Part shown: positions 29,152-42,280 of the stretch, one piece after another
How positions within the stretch are numbered: position 1 is the stretch's first letter
How the letters are laid out: the number at the start of each line of letters is the position of its first letter
Origin: Camelus dromedarius
Taxonomy: Eukaryota
Assembly: GCF_036321535.1 (NCBI RefSeq)
Contig: NC_087436.1
Coordinates: 50,966,001-51,030,000, forward strand
Length of the DNA stretch: 64,000 nucleotides
Reading direction: 5' to 3'
Notes under the pieces: model-generated
What the model was told of the DNA's origin: nothing
Seen by the model: only the letters and a program-made list of their open reading frames with translations
Databases searched by the model: none
Made by a program: the position numbers and the translations under genes

Positions 29152-30695
29152 CTGAACCTTCCATTTTAAACAGCAAAAAACGTACAAAAAATAGTTTTCA
29201 GACACTGGACAATAGGCAACATAGGATACTGAATGATAAGAAAAGGGAAACAAGGTGAATCCTACAATTACGCTGCCTTAATATCCAGAGACAGCTTCCA
29301 GGCTGCAGCACTGAAAGGGGGAGCCCCAACAAGGCCTGCTGCTCTCCCGGAGCTGACGAGCCACAGGAAGCCAACAAAGCTAGAACTCGCAGGCAGAGCA
29401 CCAGAGAGGGAAGAACCACATACGGAGAGACAGTCAGAGCAAGTGTGTGAAGAAATGACCCAAGGCTGGAAGAGAGCCACCAGAAGCACAGGAAAAACAG
29501 GTCCTGGCGCACATGCAGGGCTAGAGCAGTTCAAGAAATCTTGTGATACGTGAAAAATTAAGGTGAATAGTCAGCAAAGTATTGCCTTAGTAATAGTGCC
29601 AAGTTAACCCTAGACAAAAGGCTGCACTGGTCCCCGTAAAAGAGATTAAAAGTAAGTCTAGAAAGGATCAAACTATCCCCTAATTTAAATTCATCCCAAT
29701 GCTCAAAAATATTTAAAAGTATACAAAAAATGTTGAACAACAACCTAAAATTCAAAATGTCTGCCATCCAATCAAAAATTATCACGCATGCAAAAAAGTT
29801 GGAAAATACAACTCATAATGAGGATAAAATCATTCAATAGAAACAGATCCAGAAAGGAGACAGAAGGCAGAGTTTGCAGATAAGTGCACTGAAGAGCTAT
29901 GAGAGATGTACTGCACATGGTCGGGAAGGCAGAAAGCATCAGCAGCTTAAGGAGAGGCAAGAAAGGTATAAAAGAGACCCCAAATAAACCCGTAGAGGTG
30001 AAAACTATGAAATCTGAGAAGAAAAATACACTCGATGGCATTAAGAACATATCAGACACTACAGACAAAAAGATTAGTGAACTTGAGGACACAGTAATAG
30101 AACTATCTGAAATGAAACAGAAAAAGATGAGAAAAAAATTTTAAAGACCAGGTCATTAATGAAATTAAAGACAATTTCACATGGCCAAATACACATGTGA
30201 CTGATGTTCCAGAAGAAGAGAAAAAACTGGAGTCAACAGAAAGAATATTTTAAAAAACAATGGCTGAAAAGTTTAAAAATTATATAAAAACTATAAACCC
30301 AGATATCCAAAAATTTCCATGAACCACAAAGCACAAGAAACATGAAGAATATGACACTACAGCTCATCACAAGCAAATTGCTGAAAACTAGCAATGAAGA
30401 GAAAATCTGAAAAGCTGAAAAAAAAAAAAAAAACCTGACATACTGTGTACAGAGGAATAAAGCTAAGAATGACAGGAGACTGCTTGCTGGAAAAAGGCAA
30501 GCCAGGAGATAGCGACAGGAAAGAAAAGGAAACCCTATCAACCTGTAAGAAAAGCAAAGACAAAGACTTTAAGATGCACAACAACCGAAAGAATCAGCAA
30601 CACACCAGTAGGACAAGAAAAGTTAAAGGAAGTAAATACATGGGTCAGTTAAAGTACTTTTTTCCTGATTTAAAAGTTTAACAGATAACTGACAA

Positions 30696-30947
30696 GGGGA
30701 GTGGGAATGGATAAACTGGGAGTTTGAGACTTGCAGGCACTGAATGGTTATGTGTGAAATATAAACAAGTTTATACTGTACAGCACAGGGAAATACAGTC
30801 AATACGTTGTAGTAGCTCATGGTGAAAAAGAATAAGAAGATGAATATATGTACACTCATGTGTGACTGAAGAATTACGCTATACACCAGAAACTGACACA
30901 ACATTGTAAACTGACTATACCTCAATAAAAAATAAAAAATTAAAAAA
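30696..30947 (+). mobile_element. Nested young L1 3' end
   Basis: TSD agataa(c/t)tgacaa at 30683-30695 and 30948-30960; AATAAA and polyA. Confidence 0.88.
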
Positions 30948-32392
30948 AGATAATTGACAATTTAAGGCAAAAAAAAATACACAGCGGGATTTATAACATA
31001 CACAGATGTAAAATATATGACACACCAGCACAAAGGCGGAGACAGGGGAAATGAAGGTACACTGTTCACACGTTACACACATAACGAGGTACATTGCTAC
31101 TTAAAGGTAGACTGCGGTAAGTCAAAGATGTATAGCATAAAGCTTAAACAACTGCTAAAATACACAGAATTAAAATCAAAAAGGAGATAAATGAAATAAC
31201 GAATAATCAATTAATCTAGAAGAGGGCATAAAAAAAAAAAAGGAAAAGGGGAACAAAGAAAGGATGTGACCCACAGAAAACAAACAGCAAGATGGTAGAT
31301 TTAAACATAGTCATATCAGTAATCACATTAAATAAAAGTTATCTAAACTCCCCTTCAAAAGACAGAGCATCAGGTTGAATAAAAGAGTAAGAGCCAACAA
31401 TATGCAGTGCACATTTACTTAGAACATGAAGACACAAATAGGTTAAAACTAAGAGGATGGAAAAAATGTTCCAAGCTAACATTATTCAAAAGAAAGCTAA
31501 AGTAGCTATATTAGTTTCAGTCAAGGTAGATTTTAGAGCAAAGACTATTATCAGGAATAAAAGACAGTAGTTTCATAATGAAAAAGGGATCAATTCATTA
31601 AGAGGACCTAAGAATCCTAAGTGTTTATCCATCTAATAAAAGAGCTTCAGAGTACAGGAAGCAACATCTTATAGAACTGGAAGGAGAAATAGATATATTT
31701 GTAAATACAGCCAGAGATTTCAATACCTTTCTCTCAGTAATTGATAGAACAAGTAGGGAGAAAATCAGTAAGGAGACAGAAGACTTGAACAACACCATCA
31801 AACAACTTATCCCAATTAACATTTATAGAGCATGCATTCAACTTGATCAGGCTAAACATTCTTAAGTGCACAAGAAACATTCACCAAGACAGACCGTATT
31901 TTATCCATGAAACTAGTCTCAATACATTTAAAAGGAATCAAATCTTACCACAATGGAACTGAATCAGAAATCAAAAACTGAAAGTTACCTAGGTAGGGGT
32001 ACATGTAAATCTAAATTACCCACGTAGTAATTAATTGTTGAAGGTGGGTGATGGTTTCAATGGGGGCTCATTTCCCTATTCTTTCTACTTTTGCATATGT
32101 TTGAAAATTTCTATAATAAATGCAAAAGAAGAACGAGAGCAGACATTATTATTATTAGCACATGAAATAGAAAAAAACTGAGGATCGTAAATGTTAATAC
32201 ATGATGGTACAGCCACTTTGGAAAACAATTTGGCAGATTCTTATCAAGATGAGTCTACTCTTATCACATGTCCCTACAATTCCACTCCTCAATATTTACC
32301 AAGCCAAGAAAAATGAAAAAGTGTGTTCACACAAAAAGCAGCTTTGTCCTCAAAAACTGGGAACAAACCAAATGTTCTTCAAGGTGGATGAC

Positions 32393-32971
32393 AATAGCCA
32401 AGACATGGAAACAGCCTAAATGTCCACCAACAGATGACTGGATAAAGAAGTGGTATATTTATACAATTGAATACTATTCAGCCATAAAAATGACAACATA
32501 ACGCGATTTGCAGCAACATGGATGTCCCTGGAGAATGTCATTCTAAGTGAAGTAAGCCAGAAAGAGAAAGAAAAATACCATATGAGATCGCTCATATGTG
32601 GAATCTAAAAAAAAAAAAAGAACATAAATACAGAACAGAAACAGACTCATAGACATAGAATACAAACTTGTGGTTGCTAAGGGGGCGGGGGGTGGGAAGG
32701 GACAGACTGGGAGTTCAAAATTTGTAGATACTGACAGGCATATGCAGAATAGATAAAATAAGATTATACTGTATAGCACAGGGAAATATATACAAGATCT
32801 TGTGGTAGCTCACAGTGAAAAAATATGTGACAATGAATATATGTATGTTCATGTATAACTGAAAAATTGTGCTGTACACTGGAATTTGACACAACATTGT
32901 AAAATGACTATAACTCAATAAAAAAATGTTAAAAAAAACCCCAATAACAGAACCAAAAAGAAAAAAAAAAC
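32393..32971 (+). mobile_element. Nested young L1 3' end
   Basis: TSD aggtggatgac at 32382-32392 and 32972-32982; ORF2 C-terminus (TIAKTWKQPKCP...WYIYTIEYYSAIK); polyA tail. Confidence 0.9.
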
Positions 32972-33466
32972 AGGTGGATGACTAAACAAACTGTGATACA
33001 TCAACACAATGCAATACTACTTAGTAATTAAAAGGAATACACTGCTGGTACACACAACAACCTGAAGGAATCTGAAATGCATTATACTCAGTGAAAGAAG
33101 CCAGACTCAAAAAGGCTACATATTTGTGTGATTCCATTTGTATGTTATTCTGGAGAAGGCAAAAACTATAGGGACAAAAAAGAGACCAGAGGTCGCCAGG
33201 GTCTAGAGTGGGAGAAACTGATGGTAAGGGTCACACAGGGATTTTTCTGCAGGTGATACTGGTCTATACCTTGATTGTGGCAATTATATGAGTATTTATC
33301 AATCAAAACTCATAAAACTGTACACTTTAAAGAGTGAATGTTACAGTATCTAAGTTATGCTTCAATAAACTAGACAAAAATATTTTTTACAAAGGCCATC
33401 ACAGCTAATAATGGCCCTGGGACTACAGTCCTGTTTCTTATTCAAAATGCCAGTCTTATTAGACAT

Positions 33467-33654
33467 CAGTGGTTTTCAAAGTGTACTCTCTAGACCAGCG
33501 ACATCACTGCTACCTGAGAACTTAGTAACATGCAAATTCTTGGGCCTTATCCCAAACCTACTGTATCAAAAACTCTAAGGGTGGGGCCCAACCATCCGTG
33601 TTCTAATGAACCCTCCAGGTGATTCTGACGGCCCCTAAAGTTTGTGAGCCACTG
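33467..33654. mobile_element. hAT-Charlie MITE (MER5A-like)
   Basis: TIRs cagtggttttcaaa...tttgtgagccactg; ccctccaggtgattctga core. Confidence 0.85.
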
Positions 33655-36520
33655 CTCTTCACAATGAGGTCAGGCCAGTGAGATGAGACTCTCTGAAAGC
33701 AGGGCCTGGCATCAGTATTTTTACAAAGTGACCAAAGGTGACATTAATTAGCAGCCAGGTTTGAACATCTGTGCCAGATATTTCCGTCATCGTAATCATC
33801 CGGGAACTGCTGCTGCCTCTGGCTAGGTGTGAATCCCTTAGGTTGGGATTCTAAAGTGGGCGCCTCCACCTGGCCTTTCTCCCTCTCTGGACTCACTGCC
33901 TTCACAGCTGGCACAAGATTTAAAAGCAGCCCCTGACTTACACTACAGTACACGCTAGTTTGGAAGTGGGAGACTTCCAGTCTCAGTCCAGACTTGTCCA
34001 TTTTCTCCAAAAAGCTCCTTTTCTGTGCATTAAGGCTGAACCATATGAAACTGCCAATTGTCAAGTGTTTCTGGATCTAAGGAAACAGCAATTTAATGCA
34101 GTCTGCCTTAGTTCATTGAGGAGAGCCTTGTTTCTCTTTTGCATTTATGTATCTACTTCGAGTGTTTACCTTTGGTATATGCTGGAAATATTAGTTAAAA
34201 AAAAAAAAAAGAAAGACTTTACATCTCTCTAAATCAGGGCTGCCAGGAAGCAAACAGAGGGTGTGGTGATTATTGGTGAGGAAGGTGCCTGAAAGCAAAG
34301 TCAAGTAATAGTTTCCATTGAACGCAAATTTCAGAGAACTAAAATGTTGTAGAAACAAACTGTTGATGTTCAGGGTAGAAAATAAAACACCAAACTAAGA
34401 TTATTTTTATGAGGATAGGCACTAAAAGCTAAGTAAGTGAATAGGAAATAAGACAAAATTAACTAAAAAAATTACAAGGCCAAGTCCCCCAAATTAAAGC
34501 AATCAAATTTACAATCATGACTTAGTTACCTAAAACATGGGTATTTTAATATAGGTAACAAAGTATCTTTGAAAATAGAAATTAAATTTTATTGAGAACT
34601 CATGCTTACAGAAAAGTGAAGAGAAACACTCCAAGGAAAGAATTCTTTTGGTTTTGACAATTAAAGGATTATCTATCTTCTCAGTATCGTTTTTCCATAT
34701 ATCGTTTTTGATGTGTTGGATTGGTGCCCTGCTTGTGAATCTATCCTGTTATCCTGAACTGTGTCATTGAAAACAGCTTATCTTGGTTCCATTTCTAGTA
34801 TTGACAAGTCTAAGGAATAACCCTGGCTATCTTCCTAAATTTCTCTATGTGCTATTCTTACCTACAAGTTAGAACTAAGTAATAATAATCAATGATGTAT
34901 CGTAAACACACACGCTGCAAGTCTGCTCATGTTACTTCATAATATTGGCTAGTTCAGTGTAGAATTTTGAATGTAAAGGGCCTGGAGATAGATTCTGTAG
35001 CCAAACACTCATATTTTATAAGGGAAGAAATTAAAGTCTCCAAGAAGTCAAGCAAGTTGCCCCCAGTCCTACTGTTGAAAGCGACAGAATTGGAAATAGA
35101 ATTCTGATTTCCAGACTACTAGCATGATTGTCTTTCCACTAAAATGCAACAGGTTCTGACATTGGAAACAAACAACAACAAAAAAAAGAGAGACAAATGA
35201 ATCACGAAGGAAATACTATGTCTTGGGGAACACTGTAGGCAATGGCTTCTCAGTCAAAAATCAAATTACAAAAGGAGTACCAATGTTTCACAGAGCACTG
35301 TGAACAAGAGAGGACCCTGAGTCTATTGTAACTCTGAAGTGGCATCCTCTTGATTATACTTCTTAGTGACACTGCATAGTGTCAGAAAATCTCACAGGGC
35401 TATAACCAGACATCTTGATGATCACATTTAGGGGTTTAGATGCTCAAACTGTTTGTTGAACGAATGAGTTCTTCCAACGACTGAACCCCACACTCCAGCA
35501 CTATAAGAGAGTACGGATTTCTGCAGTTTCCCTAGAGACAGGAAATTTACTCCTGTGCTGTAAGCCCCAAATTAAATAACCATTAGTTCCTTCTAAAATC
35601 CTCAAAAACTATGAAGGCAAACCACAGAAACACCAAATTATAGATAACATACTGGAAGTTCTATAATACAAATATTATTGGTAGGGAACTTCATCTATAA
35701 TTTCCTCTAAAGGATATGATGATCACACAGATTAAACAGGACTAAAGAGAATACACACTTCAAACTGACAGTAGCCTACTGGAGTAAGTCTGCAGAGACA
35801 CTAAGTGATCAATTAGTCTGAAACTCTTACAATTACCCCGCATTTCAAAGCTCTTATAGGTCAGTCAGGAACTGCAAGAGTATTCCAAAACAGAAGATGA
35901 ACCAGCTGTGACACACAACAGGAAACAGGCCAGTCTTTCAAGAGGATGTTGAAACAAGTTCATTTAAAGCACAGTTGAATTTTTCAAATCAATTTAAGCT
36001 TCTTCCTCAAATCTACAGTCTTTTTTTTTTTTGACATCAAAAGAATCAGATTTTAGTGACTTAAAAGAAAGCTCTCTCTCTAGGTTTTTCACACTTGAAA
36101 ATTTTAACAGTCAAACAAAGAAATACCTAGGAACATGAAAGCTCAACCTCCCCAATAACAACCACCTTGAAACTTGATCGGGATTCAAAGCCTGAAATGT
36201 TACCATCAGCTTAATTATAGTTGATTTAAACAATTCCTTTCTTTTTGAGTTAACAGTCCAGATTAATTGGGATTTTATCATCAACTATTTAAGCCCTGAA
36301 AGATATTCTTGAAAATAAAACAAAATTTATTAAAATTTCTTACTTCTTTTGGATTGACTTTATTTCCATAATATTTCATTCATTAAAAACGGCTTGTTTT
36401 TATCTGTCTCACCAACCCATAAATAAGTATGTCACTTTGTATCTACATTTCAAGTCTAATGAATGTCAAAACAAATTTGCAATCCTTGGCTTCTCATCTG
36501 TGCACACCTTCTTTGCTGCT

Positions 36521-37552
36521 TCTTTTTTTTTTTTATTGAAGCATCGTTGATGTGCAACAATATAAAAGTTACATGTGTACAATATAGTGAGTCACAATTT
36601 TTAAAGTTTATGCTTCATTTATAGGTATAATATATTGGCTATATTCCCTGTGTTGTACAATATATCCTTGTACCTTTTTTATATACATATTATATATATA
36701 TATTTTACATACAATAGTTTGTACCTCTTAATCCCCTACCCCTTAATTACCCCTCCCCCCTTCTCTCTCTCCACTGGTAACCACTAGTTTGTTCTATCTG
36801 TGAGTCTGTTTCTTTTTTATTATATTCATTAGTTCATTTCATTTTTTAGATTCCACATATAAAGTGGTATCAAATAGTATTTGTCTTTCTCTGACTTAAT
36901 TTACTCAGCATAATACCCTCCAGGTCCATGTATGTTGCTGCAAATGGTAAGTTTTCATTCTTTTTTATGACTGAGTAGTATTTCATTGTATTTCTATACC
37001 ACATCTTCTTTATCCATTCAGCTCTTTATGGACACTTAGGTTGCTTCCGTATCTTGGCTGTTGTAAATAATGCTGCTATGAACACTGGGGTGCACATATC
37101 TTTTTAAATTAGTGTTTAAATTTTTTTCAGATATATACCCATGAATGGAATTCCTGCGTCATACTTTTAGTTTTTTGAGAAACCTCCATACTGTTTTCCA
37201 CAGTGGCTACACCAATTTACATTCCCACCAGCAGTGTACAAAGGTTCCATTTTCTCCACATCCTTGCCAACATTTTTTATTTGCATTCTTTTTGATGATA
37301 GCTATTCTGACCAGTATTAGGTGATATCTCATTGTGGTTTTGATTTGCATTTCCCTGATCTGCATATCCCTGATGATTAGTGATGTTGAGTGTCTTTTTA
37401 TGTGCCTGTTGGCTCTCTGCATGTCCTCTCTGGAGAAATGTCTATTCAGATTTTCTGACCATTTTTCAATTGGGCTGGTTTGTTTTTTTGATGTTGAGTT
37501 ATATCAGCTGTTTATATATTTTGGATGTTAACCCCTATTGGTCATATCATTT
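36521..37552 (-). mobile_element. ~1-kb 5'-truncated L1 (ORF2 C-terminus plus 3' UTR)
   Basis: ORF 37207-37422 ([13 protein letters not shown]...[22 protein letters not shown]) is the L1 ORF2 C-terminus; polyT at ~36523. Confidence 0.92.
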
Positions 37553-37781
37553 CTGTGTACACTTTCTACGTAGCCCAGAACTGAAACAATATTTATCTAT
37601 CCATCTCATGCTCAAAAGTACACACTATAAATCCAGAGTCAACAGTTCATTAAAGAAATCATAAAGAGTATGAAAGCATCCATAAAGTGTTGATTTCTGT
37701 TATAGTTTTCTTCTAATTTGTCCTTATCTTTATTTCCACAAGGAAAATGTTGCTAAAAGTGACACAAATGCCTCACAGGTT

Positions 37782-37916
37782 AAGTGACCATATGTTTTAT
37801 CATCCAAACTGGGCTACTTTTGAGAGTAAAAGAGAGTGCTATAAATAATTAGGCCAGGACCTCAGGTACAAAGCGGGAAACTTTGTATCAGGGAAACCCA
37901 GATAGGTGGGCACCCT
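37782..37916. mobile_element. hAT-Blackjack MITE (MER94/MER81 group)
   Basis: gtgaccatatg...catccaaactggg...cttttgagagt...caccct. Confidence 0.65.
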
Positions 37917-38075
37917 TACTCCTCAGAATCCAAGTGAGAGCTCAAATTTTCATCTTCTGAGGCTCTGTGAGGGCCTTGGAAAGAAAAGAATCCTAAGGAA
38001 AAGAACCTGTTCAGTCAAAGTCCCTGGGTGCCATGTTCTATCTGCTCCTCCCACAATGTCATACACCCTGACTTA

Positions 38076-38225
<150 letters not shown>

Positions 38226-39262
38226 CTACATAAGAAGCACATTTCAAAAGTTAGCACGTCTAACTATATTGCAACATGGAAAAATGCTTAAGACAAGCCA
38301 GTAACTATAAAAAGTATGATGGAAAATTAGGTCTACCTGTACATGTAAGACCACAGCTCTATTTTGAAAAATATATGATGAACAAATGATGGGATGGAAA
38401 TAAACTAAAACGTTGATGGTGGCTATTTTGGATGTGAATGATATCCTCCAGGAAGCAGACCATTTAACATACAGCATGTACTGTTAAAGGTGGAAGGAAG
38501 AGCACATCTGGGAGGGTGCCCTGTAGCCATGAAGCATCCCCTTCCTCCTAACCAAGAACACATTTTCATCTGCACCCTGACTGCATTTTTGGTCGTAAAA
38601 ACTGGGTGAAAGATCAGCGAGAATGGAACTGGGATTGACTGATTGTTGGAAATCAAGGGAAGGAAAGAGGTGAGCAGCAACAGGGCATCCTAATTCTTTG
38701 ACATGAGAATGGGCAGGAGAGAGCATCTTGCCCTGGGCCTTGGCAAGGAAGGTTGGCCCTGGACACTCAAGCCCTCGGACTCGGCGTGCAGTGATCTGTT
38801 AGGAGACTTCACCCACTGGTGGCCCTCTCTGTTACGAGCTCTGGTAATTGAGTTACATGCCCAGGTCACTGTAAATTCCTTCAGTTCAAATAAATGTACT
38901 CCTTAAGTGCAAATCCTTAGATCTGACAACCATTTAGCCCCTGTTTTTATAAAATCAAGTTTTTCCACTTAAAGTAATTGATATTTTATTTATATTGCTA
39001 TACCTTTAAAATGATGACAACAGCAATAAAAAGGAAACTGCATGGAGATAGTGACATTTTAAGTAAAGAGAGCTTGGACACCCTTTCTCCTCTAGCTGGC
39101 CCTCCAGCCTCCTATAGCAGACCATAGATTCCTTCCTCGAGAAAGTCTCAAGACTAAAATCATACTAACAGAAAAGACCTTATTTTTACCTTCCTGAGTC
39201 TTCTAAGTCAGAATCCTGTGATAAATTCAGCCAAACGGTTGGAAATACACTGTATCTCCTCA

Positions 39263-39349
39263 AAGGGTGACCAGCCATCCTAGTTTGCCTGGGACTGAGG
39301 GGGTTTCCTGGACTTTCAGGGCTAACGATGAGAAAAGCTGGTCACCCTG
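39263..39349. mobile_element. Very short hAT-Blackjack MITE (MER81/MER94 group)
   Basis: TIRs agggtgaccagc/gctggtcaccct; 8-bp TSD tctcctca/tctcctta. Confidence 0.85.
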
Positions 39350-41119
39350 TCTCCTTAGCTCACACTATCTCTTTTTTGAGGAAGTACATGACCTAAATCC
39401 AAGATCTCCCAACTATATAATCATTAGAAATATTTTAATTTGCACAAGCAGCCCTTAACTCAGAAGAAAAAGAAAGTAGATAGGAATCTTATGCAGCAAT
39501 GGATCCTTTACGGATGTCTTTCTGATATAAACTAAGGGAAGAACCTATACTTGCCAGTAAAATTTCTTAGAAACAGACAGAATCCCTTCCAACCAAACTA
39601 CTTCTACTATAAATATCAACTAATGGATTTAGAATCCATTGAGGCATGGTTTTATTAGGATTTCTTCAGTTTAGATTTTTTTCCCAATTCAATCTCCCAT
39701 TGCAAGAATTGAGGAGAAGATGATCAGGGCTGGGATTATTTCCCAGAGTGTTCTGGGGAAGAGAAGTTTCCCCTTGAGCAAAGGACAGCTTTCCACCTGT
39801 CAACAGTGTAGCTCCACTGGAAGTCTTAGGGCCTCTCTGCCTAAACCTTGTCTCAGAACTGCTGTAAAAGTGTGCTTCCCAGCCCTCTAACACCCCTTCA
39901 CAAGGAGCAGGGCCACCTGCAGGAATGACTTCTAGTCCTTGCAAAGCAAGCTTGTCACAAAGAATGTTTAGGATTAAATTAGGTTTTGACCATCTCAAAG
40001 GACAATAAATGATTTCCTAAACAGGTAAGCACTTAAAAAAGCCTTCTGGGCATAAAACCCATTATGAATTTAGTGCTTTCCCTTTTATAACAGGCAGAAA
40101 GCCTTTGCCCTTCAGGGCAGGACAGGGAATGAAAAGTTCTCAGTTTGTTTCAAAGTTGGCTGTTGTCCCTACATACTCCCGGGCTTGCTGATGCCCGTTC
40201 TGTGTCTAGGTGTCAACATCTGAAATCAGCCTTTGTCATGATGACATATTCCACAGGGACTTCTTCGGCAGTAAATGAACAGTGAAAGAGCATGAAATAG
40301 ACCATGTAATTTCACTTTTAAGTGCACTGAGCACAGGAATGCAACAGTGTAAGGCATGACGAAATGCTTCACTTGGGTGAAGTCAGATAGGCTCTCCACT
40401 TAACCAGGACACCAGAAGGAATCCAGAGATCAAAGCCAAATCACTTTTGATATCTGGACCCTTTAACGTCACCACTATGAAGGAAATCAGTCACAGGGAC
40501 TGAAGAAAAGAGGTGGGAGGTGTCCTCAAAAAGTACTCACATCTTTTTCTTCCTATTACTTCATGATCGAAGGGCGGCAAGAATGAGGAACTGGGTAGTC
40601 TCTGAGGTAAAGGGCCTGAAAAATTTGCCAATGACTAATGTGCTGTTTGATCCATTTGAAAGAATTCAAGTCAGCATGGCATCATCTGGTTTTTACACAG
40701 ACCACAGGGCAACGACACGGAGGCCCCTGGGTTTTGTGGACTTTCCAAGATACTGACTGAAAGAAGATGACTGAAGTGTGGGGACACGCACAAAAAATAC
40801 TGTTTTCAGGTTATATAGCAAATGAAGACAATGGAATTCTACCTTAGGGGAGGGAACACTTCATAAAATGCACAATGACCAACAGCTATTTGCAACTGAC
40901 TCAGAAATTCATTTGTTCTATGGAGAATCTGATTATCTTTACCCAGCCTCCCTTTTACCTCTTTGTGGAGTGGTTCTCTTGAAAATTAAGTTTATAGAAA
41001 GCAAGTGTATCTGCCAGAAAGAGTTCTGAACATAGCAGGCTTTTAATAAACACTAATGGTGTAAACACAAGTTAAGCTTTCACTTAGAGCCAAGGAGATA
41101 ACTTGAGCAATCAGCTACC

Positions 41120-41345
41120 TAGGGACACTGTAAGAGCGTATACTTGATGGGCAGACTAGCCAGCTTTGAAGGCAGTTCCACTATTTACTAGCTATGCGAC
41201 CTGGGACAGTGTTCAGCTCCTCATCTGTAAAATGGGGATAATCATAGGACCTCGCAGGTTCGTTGTGAGCGTTAAACACATTAATGCGTGGAAAGTCTTT
41301 AGACCACTGCCCAGGACACAAGAGCTAACTATTCTCTTATTACTG
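41120..41345 (+). mobile_element. MIR SINE
   Basis: ttactagctatgcgacctgg...cctcatctgtaaaatggggataat. Confidence 0.8.
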
Positions 41346-42059
41346 TAATGTGTTCCTCTACCTAGAGATCTTTAAATATCACAACTGCCCCGAGGTGATA
41401 TTTTAAAAATCCTGTCTAAGGGCAGGTGGCTGGAATAAATGACCAATTCTGGCCACTTCCATTCCTAGGGTCAGTCCTTTTTTCCCCACAGTGTCATATT
41501 TTATCAGTCTTTATTGATCTTTTGGTAATAATTATGTTGTTATAGTAATGGCTATCATTCCTGGAGTGCTCAGGATTTCCTGGCTTCCTTGATGAAATCA
41601 AGCCTTTCAGCTGGGAGCTTTATGACTCAATGCCTGCTGATGGCCACAGGCTAGATCTGCTTTTCGAGTAAGAAATAGAAACCGAGGGTCCAGATAATAC
41701 CAAACTTAGTCAAATCACCTCCTTTTATTTAAAGCAACTCTGTCATGCTCTGGCAAAGTACATACTGGTTCCTTAAAGGTGATTACAAGAAGTAGTCTAG
41801 AATTTTCTAAGAATCAGACTTTGACATATCCAGCTTACTTGCTGAGTTAATTTGGACAAGTCACTTTGGCAGAATATACAGTCAACATGAATGTGAGACA
41901 TTACACATGATGTAGTTCTTGTCTGCTTAGTTTTTCTCATGAAGTGACGATAATAGTGATACTTGAAGAAGAGAAGGAGGGAAAAATCCACAATTTTCAA
42001 ACAGAAATCTACCCTGACTTTGTGTATATTGTGTATCTAACTTTGTCCCCTACTGCTAA

Positions 42060-42280
42060 AGCAGCAGAGCAATGTGGTGAAAGCTAAGAGCTCTGAAGTC
42101 AGGCTACTGGGCTCAAATCCCTCTCTGGTCACTTACTAGCTGGGTCAGCAGGGAAAGATGGTTAACATGCCTGGAATCAGTTTCTCCATCTTTAAAATGA
42201 AAGTGATAATACACTTAATTTCATAAGGATTGTTTCTAAGGACTGTTTTTCAAGTTAAGTGCCTGGCACCTACCTAACAG
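42060..42280 (+). mobile_element. MIR SINE
   Basis: gggctcaaatccc...cacttactagctgggt...cagtttctccatctttaaaatg. Confidence 0.75.

Larger units (their letters stand above)
29168..33370 (+). mobile_element. Large degraded old L1 (5' region, ORF1/ORF2 remnants, 3' UTR) hosting younger insertions
   Basis: A-rich strand; ORF1-like (DTTDKKISELED) and endonuclease-region motifs (gagatttcaataccttt...attgatagaacaagtag...agaagacttgaacaacaccatc); 3' UTR gaaagaagccagactcaaaaggctaca. Confidence 0.85.

Noticed and set aside
29899..31822. ORFs within the large L1
   Set aside because: Fragmented L1 ORF1/ORF2 remnants with many stops; not an active element.
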